A stretch of 64,000 bases of DNA from Nitrospirota bacterium (GCA_963663225.1 OY760142.1:2464001-2528000); one strand, 5' to 3'; counted from the first letter of the stretch, positions 30,389 to 40,654 are shown. The notes: a model not told the origin generated them from the letters alone. Numbers and translations are program-made.

Positions 30389-30435
30389 TAACAAGGTGAA
30401 GTATTTGTTTTTTCAGGGCATACAACATATTGTGG
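30389..30435. promoter_or_regulatory. tandem NrdR-box-like operators
   Basis: ATACAACATATTGTGG (30420-30435) matches acaCwAtATaTwGtgt at 13/16. A weaker TAACAAGGTGAAGTAT (30389-30404) lies exactly 31 bp away. Confidence 0.6.
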
Positions 30436-30443
30436 TTTTGTGG

Positions 30444-32132
30444 CTATATTTCTCGCTGTTTTAGCCTCTTCAGACCGGCTTTTATAGGCAAAAATACGGC
30501 CATACAATTGACAGCCAGAACGGCTGCAAAAGACAGGATGATTGTCACCCATCCGGAAAAAGAAATGTGTCCGCCAAGGGTTTGGGCTGTAAAGATGCGG
30601 TAAACCGGCCAGGATTCCAAGGCAATTACCAGCCCGATAAACAGCATCGTCAGCAGCATATAGACGATTCCTCCAAAGCCGGTGGGAATCTGTGCAACAT
30701 TCTCATGCTTGAATCTGGGGAATACCGCTCCGAGGCCGACCCCGAGAGCAACGATGCCGAATGTCATCATAAAAACAGTCGCGATGCCGAGATACTGCAT
30801 AAATGGCGTAACTTGCAGAAGCGTATTCGAGAGGACGATCAGAATTTCGGCCAGTGCGAGCAGGGGCAGCAGGCTGCTCCAGAACTTTGCCCAGAGAAAA
30901 TCTTCAAGTGCCAGAGGCGCTGAACGGATAATCCAGAATGAATCGCCTTCAAGGCTGACTGCCGGGAATACGAACCGTACTGCGACCGCAGAAGTAACAA
31001 AGCCGACCATTCCCAGGTTCAAAAACGATATCAGATTTTGCAGGAAAAAGCTCGGCATCGCCGCCCGTTCCAGAGGCAGCAGCTTGAAGCTGTAAATATA
31101 TACGATCATGAGTGCGAGCAGGAGAAATATCTGAGACCATTGAGAGGTGTCCCGGAAGAAAAGTTTTATATCCTTCAGCACGATGGCGCGTATTTTTCCT
31201 CGAAACGGGAACGTGATAACGTTAAAAAGAACATCAACGGTGCGTGAGCGGGAAATGGCGGCCTTTTTTCCTTCTTGGGAGCGCGACCAACCGGTATAAT
31301 AGATATTTTCGCAGATCCACTCGCCGATCACGGTTCCGGCAAGGGCGGTGCTCCAGAGCATGAGCAGATAGAATAGTGCTTCTCCGGCTGTCTTCCTCAG
31401 AAGCGGAGAGAGCGTTTCCGTGGCCCAGGTGCTCGGAAGAAGAGGGGAAACCGGTGTTCGCAGGGCGGTCAGATACTGGACCAGCGATGGAAACGTGTCG
31501 GGATCGACGAGTTTTTCCGGTTTAAGAATCCTGAAGAGGATGTACAGTGCCACAAAAAAGAGAAGCCCCAGAAGGACAATAATGTCCTTTGCTCTGCGGG
31601 CCGGAAAAGCATTGACGAGAAGCATGGTTACGATAATACCGATAGCCGCGGGAATCATCAAAAAAGGGACAAGCATCAGGACCAGGCCGAGGTAATATGC
31701 GAGTGAAGCCTTAAACACCGTACCATAAGCGATAAACACCGGCAGGCCGTAAATGAGCGTCATCCATGACGAGTCTATCATTGTTTCAAGGAATTTTGCG
31801 CGATAGATGCTGTCAATGTTGACTGGGCCCGCAAGCAGGATGTTCAACTCCTCCGAAAGGTAATACGTGGAAAGCGAGGCGACGATATTGCTGAAAAGAA
31901 GGATGGAAAAAAATGTCAGGAGAATCATGGAGAGCAGACGGAGGGCGAGCAGGTCTCCGAGGCCCTCGATGGTTCTGAAGTACATGAGCACCTTGTACGA
32001 GACGACATACAGGAAAACCCAGAAGCCGAGCCCCAAGAGGACAAGTACGGTTGTCTTCAAACCGTCACCCGGAGCAAGGCGGGTCAGGCGATTTCGGATG
32101 GCATTATATCGTGGGGTGAGGAGAAGGAGCAT
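30444..32132 (-). CDS. large ABC transporter permease (putative exporter, about 13-14 TM)
   Basis: Hydrophobic throughout. KDIKLFFRD and PAVSLEG..FWIIRSAP motifs. Downstream of an ABC ATPase. Confidence 0.8.
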   Translation of the reverse strand: MLLLLTPRYNAIRNRLTRLAPGDGLKTTVLVLLGLGFWVFLYVVSYKVLMYFRTIEGLGDLLALRLLSMILLTFFSILLFSNIVASLSTYYLSEELNILLAGPVNIDSIYRAKFLETMIDSSWMTLIYGLPVFIAYGTVFKASLAYYLGLVLMLVPFLMIPAAIGIIVTMLLVNAFPARRAKDIIVLLGLLFFVALYILFRILKPEKLVDPDTFPSLVQYLTALRTPVSPLLPSTWATETLSPLLRKTAGEALFYLLMLWSTALAGTVIGEWICENIYYTGWSRSQEGKKAAISRSRTVDVLFNVITFPFRGKIRAIVLKDIKLFFRDTSQWSQIFLLLALMIVYIYSFKLLPLERAAMPSFFLQNLISFLNLGMVGFVTSAVAVRFVFPAVSLEGDSFWIIRSAPLALEDFLWAKFWSSLLPLLALAEILIVLSNTLLQVTPFMQYLGIATVFMMTFGIVALGVGLGAVFPRFKHENVAQIPTGFGGIVYMLLTMLFIGLVIALESWPVYRIFTAQTLGGHISFSGWVTIILSFAAVLAVNCMAVFLPIKAGLKRLKQREI

Positions 32133-32247
32133 AGTTGTTTCGTGATACCGTAATCCGGTTTGCAATCATCGGTACAGCGGTTTATTTACAGTATTCTTTA
32201 CAAAAAATATTGCGGTGTTATGCTGACTCTTTGAGAAATCTCGTTGT

Positions 32248-32976
32248 TTATAATCTTTCATCTTCCCCTGTTAATCTCAGGAAAATGGGCTCCAGGTGGC
32301 TGTTTTCCATCCGGGCCATGCGTCCTAGTTCTTCAACGCTTCCTTCGGCGATGAGCGATCCTTGATTTATAATCGCTACGCGCGTACACATCTGCTCCAC
32401 AATTTCAAGCGTATGGGTGGACATGAATACGGCCACGCCTTTTGACGCAAGGTCTTTGAAAATATCTTTTACGAGCCGCGCGCCTCGCGGGTCAAGCCCC
32501 ACCATCGGCTCGTCGACGACCAGCACTTTAGGGTCGTGGATAAGGGCCGATGCCATGACAAGTCGTTGCTTCATTCCATGAGAAAAATTTTCGACCAACT
32601 CGTCACGCCAGTCGGATAAATTGAACAAATCAAGCAACGTATTGATTCGGTTGTTGGGATCATGCATGCCGTACAATTCGGCAATAAACCGCATGAACTC
32701 TGCTGCGGTGAGTTTTTCGTACAAAAACGGCCTGTCAGGGATGAATCCGGTGAGTGCTTTTGCCTGGAGCGGTTCTTTCTGGACGTCATGGCCGCAGATA
32801 AGAACACTGCCGTCCGTTGGCTGGAGCAGACCTGCCATCATTTTGATTGTCGTGGTTTTGCCCGCGCCGTTCGGCCCGAGAAAACCAAAAATTTCTCCTG
32901 AGGCCACTTCGAGATTGACATTCTTAACCGCGGCCAGTTTCCCGTAATTTTTCGTAAGATTGCTTAGTTTGATCAT
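32248..32976 (-). CDS. ABC transporter ATP-binding protein (DrrA/CcmA-like)
   Basis: GPNGAGKTT, FSHGMKQR, VVDEP, STH. Confidence 0.95.
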   Translation of the reverse strand: MIKLSNLTKNYGKLAAVKNVNLEVASGEIFGFLGPNGAGKTTTIKMMAGLLQPTDGSVLICGHDVQKEPLQAKALTGFIPDRPFLYEKLTAAEFMRFIAELYGMHDPNNRINTLLDLFNLSDWRDELVENFSHGMKQRLVMASALIHDPKVLVVDEPMVGLDPRGARLVKDIFKDLASKGVAVFMSTHTLEIVEQMCTRVAIINQGSLIAEGSVEELGRMARMENSHLEPIFLRLTGEDERL

Positions 32977-32981
32977 GGTTT

Positions 32982-34436
32982 CTATTGGTATTCGAGCACG
33001 GACACGGTCAGTTTCCCCACCAGCTTTACAATATCAGACTGTTTGTCGAGATTGCCGCTTACAAACCGGATATGCGTGGCGTCTGCAGGAAACTGATGAA
33101 AGGTGGGGTCAACTGCCATCCATTCTCCGACCCAGACTTCCGGCCATGCATGATAGTAAAATCCATCTTCCAGGTACACGATGCCTGCCGTCATGCGGGC
33201 AGGAATGCCTGCTGCCCGGGCCAGCGCGGTATACAGCGCCGTGTGTTCATTGCAGTCGCCCTCGCGCTGGTTAAGGACTTCCAGCGCGCTGGGGATGCTC
33301 ACAACCGGTTTTTTGGCAAGTGCGTTGTAGACCCAGTCATTCAGCTTTTTTGCGGCTTTATATGCATTAGACTCGCCGGAGAGGATCTTTTTGCTCTGAT
33401 CGATGATCTTCCGGTCGTCGCTTTGAATAAGCGGGCTCGCCTGCAGATATTCACGCAGATCAGGGTTTGCATACGGCAGTTGATAGCCGGGAACTGGGTC
33501 CGATGTGTGTATTTCAATGGTATCGCCTTTGAGCGTCTGACGGTCGCCGTTCAGTTGAAATCCCTTGAGAGAAACACCGGCTAATTTTGCCTTCAGATAT
33601 TTCGTTTGGGCAGAATTTTTGATCGTTTCGGAAGAAGGTATCCTTGTCAGAGCGATAATATCTACGGCCGGCCCTTTTTTGTCGAGTTTTTTAGCTTCCT
33701 GTGGATTCTCTTTCAACAGCACATACCCCAGCGGGCTTTCTTCCCTGATGGTTTCTCCGTCCTGGGTAACCCAGGACGTCGTTTCCATGCCCTGGAAGGT
33801 TTCGGCGAGTTTATAGATGGTCTGCTCTTTATCTCCCACCTTGATATGTTCGCTTGACACGACCGTAATGAAAGCATCTTCGGTGTTCATGGTGGCAGGA
33901 TTAAACAGGGGGAAACGGTATTTCTTACCGGGCTCCAGGCCGAGAAGAAGGAGTGCCGGCTTGATATTCGGAGAAAGGTAGGGAGGTTCCTTCAGAGTGA
34001 TTCGTTCCGTTCGTGTTGCTCCGCCGGTATCAATGTCCAGAACAATTTTTTTCCCTATCACCGCCCCTTTGATTTTTATGGATGAATTCCCCGATGCCAT
34101 GGAAAAGTCGAAATATTTGAGAAGGAAGTTTTTTGTGGTATAACTATTGATAACGGTTTTAACCTGCTGCACGGAACCGAGAACCAGAAGGGTAAGCTCC
34201 GATTCCTCATAGAGGTGATAGGTATCCGCCTCCGGCCTGATTTGGGTGTATGCAAATCCGATTTTTCTGTCCTGCTGATAGATGCCGAACCATTCTTCTC
34301 CTGCACGAACTCCTTCTTCCATGATAATGTCTAGGGCAATGACCGTGGTCGGTCGAAGATAGGTGCGTTCAATAAGAAGACCGAGCATTGCAAACCAGAC
34401 AGCGAGAACGATAATACTAAAAATTTTTTTCTTCAT
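32982..34436 (-). CDS. membrane-anchored transglutaminase-like domain protein
   Basis: N-terminal TM, beta-rich middle, catalytic triad GDCNEH / HAWPE / VDPT. Confidence 0.88.
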   Translation of the reverse strand: MKKKIFSIIVLAVWFAMLGLLIERTYLRPTTVIALDIIMEEGVRAGEEWFGIYQQDRKIGFAYTQIRPEADTYHLYEESELTLLVLGSVQQVKTVINSYTTKNFLLKYFDFSMASGNSSIKIKGAVIGKKIVLDIDTGGATRTERITLKEPPYLSPNIKPALLLLGLEPGKKYRFPLFNPATMNTEDAFITVVSSEHIKVGDKEQTIYKLAETFQGMETTSWVTQDGETIREESPLGYVLLKENPQEAKKLDKKGPAVDIIALTRIPSSETIKNSAQTKYLKAKLAGVSLKGFQLNGDRQTLKGDTIEIHTSDPVPGYQLPYANPDLREYLQASPLIQSDDRKIIDQSKKILSGESNAYKAAKKLNDWVYNALAKKPVVSIPSALEVLNQREGDCNEHTALYTALARAAGIPARMTAGIVYLEDGFYYHAWPEVWVGEWMAVDPTFHQFPADATHIRFVSGNLDKQSDIVKLVGKLTVSVLEYQ

Positions 34437-34496
34437 AATCAAAAACTCTTGTATCTTTCTGAATAATAAAAACCGTTTTTTATATGGCTGCTTGTT

Positions 34497-34525
34497 ATGT
34501 TAACCGGTCTTATATCTGTTGTCAA
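34497..34525 (-). promoter_or_regulatory. sigma70 promoter for the transglutaminase-ABC operon
   Basis: Minus strand TTGACA-N17-TAACAT. Confidence 0.6.
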
Positions 34526-34698
34526 TTCTGTTTGTTCCCGGGGTTGACGGTATTTTCTGCAGAAACAGCGTCTGTTTTCGTTTGCTCTTTGTTTGTCCTC
34601 CTTCAGTGTGAAGATTCAAGAACGTGTTGAATATAATACATGATTTATGCTATAGTAATCAAATATGTGTTATTTTTGAAATGAAAGGAAGCCTTTTC

Positions 34699-36015
34699 AT
34701 GAGCAAAGACGCGCTCGACATCTTTCAGGCTGCGCTTGATGCGGTTGATCCATACGACGCCGTGCATAACCATATATCCCGCATTGAGTCCCTCTGTCGA
34801 AAGAAGGATTTTAGCAGACTGTTTGCCGTCAGCGTCGGCAAAGCCGCTTTCCCGATGATGCATGCCGCGACTGATGACCTTGGAGACCGGATCGAAAAAG
34901 GCATTGTCCTGACCAAATACGGACATGCTGAAAAGGGCGTGCTGCCCGTCTCCATAGCCTGTTTAGAAGCAGGACATCCCGTACCTGATGAAAATGGCCT
35001 GTCCGCCGCCCGCCGGATACTTGATTTGCTTGAAACGACAGATGAACGCACCCTGGTGCTCTGCCTGCTGTCCGGTGGGGCGTCCGCTTTGTTGGTTGCT
35101 CCATCCGAGAGCATTTCCCTCGCAGAGAAGCAGCAGGTAACACAGCAGCTTTTAAAAGCCGGTGCCGATATATTCGAACTTAATACCGTTCGCAAACACA
35201 TATCCCGCGTGAAAGGGGGACGGCTCGCTGAAAGAGCTTATCCTGCGCGGGTCATTTCACTGATTCTTTCGGATGTGATCGGCGACCCGCTTGACGTCAT
35301 TGCGTCCGGCCCCACCGCTCCCGATGCCTCAACCTATGAAGACGCTCTTGCCGTTGTCAAGAAATATGGACTGGAGGACCGCATTCCGAAGACCGTCATG
35401 CAGGTGCTTCACAATGGATTGAGCCGGATTATCCCGGAAACCCCGAAACAAGACCATCCTGCGTTCACCCGCGTGGAAAATGTCATTATCGGCAGCAATC
35501 GCAAGGCCACAGAGGCCGCCCGGAAACGGGCCCAGGCTCTCGGATATGAAGCTGTTATTCTCGGCTGCGAATTCCAGGGGGAGGCTGCAGATGTCGGGCG
35601 CTCTCTTGTCCGCAAGGCTCTTGAGGTTAGCCGCGAATTGTCAGGTCAGCCGGGGAAAAAAGTTTGTCTGATTGCAGGTGGTGAGACAACAGTCAAGGTG
35701 ACCGGGAACGGTCTTGGCGGTAGAAATACCGAGATGGCCCTCGTTGCAGCAAAGGAGCTTGTGGGGGTGAAGGGCATTACTTTTCTTTCCGCCGGCACTG
35801 ACGGGACGGACGGACCAACGGATGCGGCTGGTGCTGTTGTGAACGGAGAAACAATTACAAATGCCCGCGCGAAAGGGCTTGATCCTGATGCGTATCTCAG
35901 TAATAACGATTCCTATAATTTTTTTAAACCGATCGACGGCTTGGTTGTTACCGGTCCTACGGGTACAAACGTGATGGATGTCCACATTATTCTGATAGAG
36001 GCAATACAGGGATGA
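34699..36015 (+). CDS. glycerate 2-kinase (MOFRL/GckA/TtuD family)
   Basis: GKAA, AGHPVPD, SGGASAL, SDVIGD...IASGP, GGETTV, GGRN, GTDG.DG, TGTNVMD. Confidence 0.95.
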   Translation: MSKDALDIFQAALDAVDPYDAVHNHISRIESLCRKKDFSRLFAVSVGKAAFPMMHAATDDLGDRIEKGIVLTKYGHAEKGVLPVSIACLEAGHPVPDENGLSAARRILDLLETTDERTLVLCLLSGGASALLVAPSESISLAEKQQVTQQLLKAGADIFELNTVRKHISRVKGGRLAERAYPARVISLILSDVIGDPLDVIASGPTAPDASTYEDALAVVKKYGLEDRIPKTVMQVLHNGLSRIIPETPKQDHPAFTRVENVIIGSNRKATEAARKRAQALGYEAVILGCEFQGEAADVGRSLVRKALEVSRELSGQPGKKVCLIAGGETTVKVTGNGLGGRNTEMALVAAKELVGVKGITFLSAGTDGTDGPTDAAGAVVNGETITNARAKGLDPDAYLSNNDSYNFFKPIDGLVVTGPTGTNVMDVHIILIEAIQG

Positions 36016-36100
36016 CTTCTGACTGCTAGCATGGCTGTCTATGCGGAAGCGTGCTGAAGTAGACTTGCCTGATTATCTGTTGAAAAAGGAGACAGTGCAT

Positions 36101-37210
36101 ATGAAAAAAGTATTTATCACTATCTGCATACTGGGAAGCTTTCTGGGGCTTACCTCCTGTGCAGATATCCACAAGGCGGTAAAAAGCGGCAGTCTGGCTG
36201 ATGTCGAGATGGCGCTTGCCAATGGTGAAGATGTTAATAAACAGGACAGTGAGGGCAATACGCCGCTTATAGCTGCAGCGAGGCATGGCGACTTCGGAAT
36301 TGTGCAAACATTGGTGAAAAAAGGCGCGACCATAAAGGCACGAAACAAGGAAGGCTATGATGCCTTGCTGGCCCTGGCTAATTATTCGATGCCGGGTAAA
36401 CCGGGAACATCAAAAAACGCCAAACCCGCAGAACCGGTGGGCATAACGATCGAAGGCCACTTGAAAACGGCGGAATTTTTGCTGAATGAAGGGGCTGATG
36501 TCAATGCAAAAAACGATGAAGGCAACACGGCGCTTATTCTTGCTGCGCAACTGAATAAAAAAGACATTGTGGAACTTCTCTTAAACAAAGGTGCAGACGT
36601 GCACGCCGCTAATCTGAAAGGATATACTGCCCTGATGCTTGCGGCTAGCAAGGGGCAGGGGGATGTCATCTGCCCCCTGGTAAGAAAAGGCGCCGACATC
36701 AATGCAAAGGACAATGAAGGCAATACTGCGCTGCAGTATGCAACCCAATACAACCACAACAATGTACTGCAAATTTTCAGGCTGGGTTGTTCCATTAAAG
36801 GCGGTCCTGAGGTGAAGGAGAGCACGGACAGTTCTTTGCAAACCAACGGCATAAAAATGGCGGATGTTCTGATGGTTGAAAAATCGATCGAATCTCTGCG
36901 CAACCCGGAGCCTTCCGTCCGATGGGAAGCGGCAAGGAGATTAGGCGAGTTAAAAGACGTTCGGGCCGTCATTCCTTTGATCGGTGCTTTGACGGATGAA
37001 CATCCGTATGTGAGGAGAAGATCGGCAGTCTCGCTTGGGAAACTACAGGATTTCAGAGCAGTGGAACCCCTGATGAAATCCTTACGGGATGAAGATGCTT
37101 TCGTTCAGAAGTATGCACTTGAATCTCTCACCAGTATAACAGGGCAAAAATTCGGCAATGACCCCCAAAAATGGCAGGAATGGTGGAACCAGAGAATTCG
37201 CCAGAATTGA
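36101..37210 (+). CDS. ankyrin-repeat + HEAT/PBS-lyase-repeat lipoprotein
   Basis: Lipobox LTSC, about 6 ankyrin repeats (GNTALxxAA...GADVNAK), 3 HEAT repeats (VR..AA..LG), W-rich C-terminal tail. AAGGAG SD. Confidence 0.85.
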   Translation: MKKVFITICILGSFLGLTSCADIHKAVKSGSLADVEMALANGEDVNKQDSEGNTPLIAAARHGDFGIVQTLVKKGATIKARNKEGYDALLALANYSMPGKPGTSKNAKPAEPVGITIEGHLKTAEFLLNEGADVNAKNDEGNTALILAAQLNKKDIVELLLNKGADVHAANLKGYTALMLAASKGQGDVICPLVRKGADINAKDNEGNTALQYATQYNHNNVLQIFRLGCSIKGGPEVKESTDSSLQTNGIKMADVLMVEKSIESLRNPEPSVRWEAARRLGELKDVRAVIPLIGALTDEHPYVRRRSAVSLGKLQDFRAVEPLMKSLRDEDAFVQKYALESLTSITGQKFGNDPQKWQEWWNQRIRQN

Positions 37211-37246
37211 AAATGTGTTATTTGCGCTCCCTTTTGAAGGATTACC

Positions 37247-38023
37247 ATGATTCTAGTCACCAATGATGACGGCGTATATTCTCCCGGCATCCAGATTCTT
37301 GCCAAGCGGCTTCGTGAGCTTGATGAAGTGGTGATCGTTGCTCCGGACCGCGAACGGAGCGCCGCCGGCCATTCCATGACGCTCCATCGGCCTCTTCTGA
37401 TTGAGGAAATAAAGGATTCCGTATACAGCGTGAACGGCACTCCGACTGACTGTGTCAATATCGCGGTAAAGGGCATGCTGCAGAAGGAACCTCGACTTGT
37501 GGTCTCTGGCATCAACAAGGGGCCAAATCTGGGTGATGACGTTACATATTCCGGGACTGTGGCTGGAGCCATTGAGGCCACGCTGCTGGGGATTCCCGCA
37601 TTTTCCATTTCACTTGTTGCGCGCGAAGACTTTCACTTTTCAGACGCCGCAGAAATAGCGATGTATGCTGCGTCGAGGATATTGAATCAGGGGCTCGATA
37701 GCGGAACTTTGCTGAACATCAATGTCCCGAATTATCCGCTTGCGGATATCCAGGGCGTACGCATCACCCGTCTGGGGAAGCGCATTTATAAGCAAATGAC
37801 GGTAGAGCGTGTAGACCCCCGGGGGAAGAAATATTACTGGATTGGCGGCGGGGAGCCGGACTGGGAGCGGAAAGAAGGGACCGACTTCGACGCTATCGAC
37901 CACAAGATGGTCTCCATTACGCCACTTCACCTTGATCTTACGGATTATTCTTCCTTTGATAAACTGCGGTCGATGGAAACACTGTTTTCCCTGCCGGTTA
38001 ATCCCCGGAGGGATGCTGAGTGA
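37247..38023 (+). CDS. surE: 5'/3'-nucleotidase SurE
   Basis: [26 protein letters not shown]. Confidence 0.97.
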   Translation: MILVTNDDGVYSPGIQILAKRLRELDEVVIVAPDRERSAAGHSMTLHRPLLIEEIKDSVYSVNGTPTDCVNIAVKGMLQKEPRLVVSGINKGPNLGDDVTYSGTVAGAIEATLLGIPAFSISLVAREDFHFSDAAEIAMYAASRILNQGLDSGTLLNINVPNYPLADIQGVRITRLGKRIYKQMTVERVDPRGKKYYWIGGGEPDWERKEGTDFDAIDHKMVSITPLHLDLTDYSSFDKLRSMETLFSLPVNPRRDAE

Positions 38024-38664
38024 ACAATTTTGAAAAAGAACGCAATCGCATGGTGGAGGAGCAGATCATCGCGCGGGGGGTCAAGGATGAAAGAGTGCTC
38101 GCTGCCATGCGCAAGGTGCCGCGCCATCTCTTTATACCGGAAGCCATCCGAGGTATGGCGTATGCGGACAACGCACTGCCTCTCGGTGAGAACCAGACGA
38201 TATCACAACCCTATATCGTGGCGCTCATGACCGAACTGCTGGAACTGAAAGGTCCGGAGCGGGTACTGGAGATCGGGACAGGTTCCGGTTACCAGACGGC
38301 AATCCTTGCGGAGTTATGCAGTAAAGTTTACACGGTGGAACGGATTAAAACGCTTGCTGACAGAGCGCGGGCGACCCTCGACCATCTCGGTTATAAACTG
38401 GTCGCCAGCAAAGTATATGATGGCACCTACGGCTGGAAAGAAATGGGCCCCTTTGACGCTATCATGGTCACAGCCAGCGCGCCTGATGTCCCCACGCCAC
38501 TTGTAGAACAGCTCAAACAGGACGGAAGAATGGTTATTCCGGTCGGTGAGCGATATGGTCAGCAACTGGTAAAAATAATCAGAACACCGGACGGCATTGC
38601 CACGCAGAAGAGTATTCCCTGCATGTTCGTGCCGCTGATCGGCAACCATGCATGGAAAGAATAG
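38020..38664 (+). CDS. pcm: protein-L-isoaspartate O-methyltransferase
   Basis: [25 protein letters not shown]. Overlaps the surE stop. Confidence 0.97.
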   Translation: MNNFEKERNRMVEEQIIARGVKDERVLAAMRKVPRHLFIPEAIRGMAYADNALPLGENQTISQPYIVALMTELLELKGPERVLEIGTGSGYQTAILAELCSKVYTVERIKTLADRARATLDHLGYKLVASKVYDGTYGWKEMGPFDAIMVTASAPDVPTPLVEQLKQDGRMVIPVGERYGQQLVKIIRTPDGIATQKSIPCMFVPLIGNHAWKE

Positions 38665-38727
38665 ATCCCTGCGCATGGAATCAAACGAGACTCCGCGAAT
38701 GAACTCCAACCGCATGACTGTGCGCGT

Positions 38728-39327
38728 TTACTTCTCTGGATAAGTTTTCCCCTGTATTCCGTTCACAATTATCCGGTATACGTATGAAAGCCCCAATCCT
38801 ATACCGCTGCCTGCCAAAGCTCCCGCAAGAACATCGGTAGGATAATGAACCCCGAGATACAGACGCGAAAAAGCAATGAACGAGGCCAGCGCCACAGGAT
38901 ACAGACGCCAGCCACGGGAGATATATCCTTTGGTAAGATAAAAGAGCGGCAACGCCACTGCGAATGACGTGATTGCGTGGCCTGAAGGCATGGAAAATGA
39001 TTTCGGGCAGGCGGCAATCAGTCGTATTTCATCGATCGACCGGCATGGTCTTGTTCGGCAAACGGCGGATTTCACAACATCTTCCACCCACCCGGAAAGA
39101 TAGAGAGCACAGACTGCGATCAGGATCGTCCAGAGAGCTGGAGCGAGATAGGTACTTCCTGTTCTGTTTTTTCGCACGACGCCCCTTATAATCATTGCGA
39201 ACAAAAAGGGGATCACGAGGAGATATCCCTGCGCGGACAACGCAGGCATAAGCATGTCGAAGAACCAGTTCTCAGTCCCTTTGTTTATAAAAAGCAGCAG
39301 TTGGGTATCGAACGTCTGTATGTTCAT
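38728..39327 (-). CDS. PAP2 family phosphatase
   Basis: K......RP, PSGH, SRLYLGVHYPTD. Confidence 0.93.
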   Translation of the reverse strand: MNIQTFDTQLLLFINKGTENWFFDMLMPALSAQGYLLVIPFLFAMIIRGVVRKNRTGSTYLAPALWTILIAVCALYLSGWVEDVVKSAVCRTRPCRSIDEIRLIAACPKSFSMPSGHAITSFAVALPLFYLTKGYISRGWRLYPVALASFIAFSRLYLGVHYPTDVLAGALAGSGIGLGLSYVYRIIVNGIQGKTYPEK

Positions 39328-39384
39328 GCGGTAATGGCCATTTCCGGATAGCGGGCAGTAAGGTCAGCAGCAAAAGAGGAAATG

Positions 39385-39729
39385 CTATGAGCTGGTATTT
39401 TTTTCGCCGTATCTGATGACGGTAGTATCGCTTATTTCTACGAGACCTCTTTTCAGCATCTCCATAATCTGGGGCAGTACTTTGTTAATCATATCTTCCG
39501 AATCTATGACTTCTATCTTGAGCGGCAAGGTGGTGGAGAGTTCCAGTATTTTTGACGTGTGGACGACGCCATGACTGCCATAGCCCGCCACTCCCCGGAA
39601 AATGCTTACACCGGCAAATTTATTTTTGTAAAAAATATCCAGAAGAATGCTGTAAACAGGTTTGCCGTGAAGTCGTTCATTTTCATCGATATAAATCGAA
39701 AGCTTTTTTGCGGGTCCGCTGATAATCAT
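39385..39729 (-). CDS. DUF190 (PII-like) protein
   Basis: GVSIFRGVAGYG, LS..LP..IE.ID. Typical crcB partner. Confidence 0.88.
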   Translation of the reverse strand: MIISGPAKKLSIYIDENERLHGKPVYSILLDIFYKNKFAGVSIFRGVAGYGSHGVVHTSKILELSTTLPLKIEVIDSEDMINKVLPQIMEMLKRGLVEISDTTVIRYGEKNTSS

Positions 39730-39738
39730 GTTTCCCCT

Positions 39739-40113
39739 TTAAATGCTTTTTGCGATAATCTCGCCGAGTTTCAATGCAACAAAACCGACGACAACGCTTA
39801 ACGTGATATTCAGCATTGCCATAAACCATTCCCCGTCCTTCAGAAGTGCTCCTGTTTCATATTCAAAGGTTGAAAACGTAGTATAAGCGCCGAGAAAGCC
39901 GACAACCAAAAGCAGCCGCCACTGGGGGTTGATCAAAAAACGGTCCGCAAAAAGGGCCATGAGCAGGCCGATAAGAAAACAGCCGCTTACATTAATGACG
40001 AACGTGCCGAGAGGAAAATTGCTGCCCCATCGCTGCCCAATCCACAGTGCAAGACCGTATCGTGCGATGGCGCCAAGAAATCCTCCTATGCCTATAATAA
40101 GAACATTTGTCAT
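39739..40113 (-). CDS. crcB: fluoride efflux channel Fluc
   Basis: GG.LGA.ARY, GTF.IN, GFLGAYTTFSTF. Start at ATG 40113. Confidence 0.95.
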   Translation of the reverse strand: MTNVLIIGIGGFLGAIARYGLALWIGQRWGSNFPLGTFVINVSGCFLIGLLMALFADRFLINPQWRLLLVVGFLGAYTTFSTFEYETGALLKDGEWFMAMLNITLSVVVGFVALKLGEIIAKSI

Positions 40114-40303
40114 ATGATGTCCAGCCCTGTAACCTGTTATATAACAGAAGCTTTTTAACAAGTCAACGATAATGAACGGAATATAGTGAATATTCTGTTT
40201 CTGTTTTTTGATAAAATTCTGTCAAACGGGAATAAAATATTGTATAATAATCATACATTGGCACGATGATTTCAGACCATAAAACAAGGAGAATGAAGAC
40301 ACC

Positions 40304-40528
40304 ATGAAGGAACAGGTAATTGAAGCTCTTAAAAAAGTCAGACCGGCACTCCAGCGAGACGGTGGCGATATCGAACTCGTAAGCGTCGAAGACAATGGCG
40401 TGGTCAAAGTAAGACTAAAAGGAGCCTGCGGCAGCTGCCCCATGTCAACGATGACCCTCAAAATGGGTGTAGAAAAAATGTTAAAGCAGGAAGTCCCGAG
40501 CGTCAAGGAAGTAGTGCAGGTGCCATGA
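40304..40528 (+). CDS. NifU-C/NfuA-like Fe-S carrier
   Basis: [25 protein letters not shown]. Confidence 0.93.
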   Translation: MKEQVIEALKKVRPALQRDGGDIELVSVEDNGVVKVRLKGACGSCPMSTMTLKMGVEKMLKQEVPSVKEVVQVP

Positions 40529-40602
40529 TTTTTTCATTGCCCGTTTATTCCGGCGTATTTGGATATGTTTCGGCCGGAGAAGCAAAGGGCATATTTATAA
40601 AG

Positions 40603-40654
40603 AAGGGATCCTTGCCTCTGAAAGTGCAAGTGCAGAGGCAGGATCCTTTTTTTT
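40603..40654 (+). terminator. intrinsic terminator after the NifU-like gene
   Basis: GGATCC(T)TGCCTCTG...CAGAGGCAGGATCC followed by T8. Confidence 0.75.

Noticed and set aside
40114-40200. Fluoride riboswitch upstream of crcB
   Set aside because: No GATGG...CTxATG pseudoknot consensus is visible. A sigma70-like promoter sits about 25 nt from the ATG, leaving no room.
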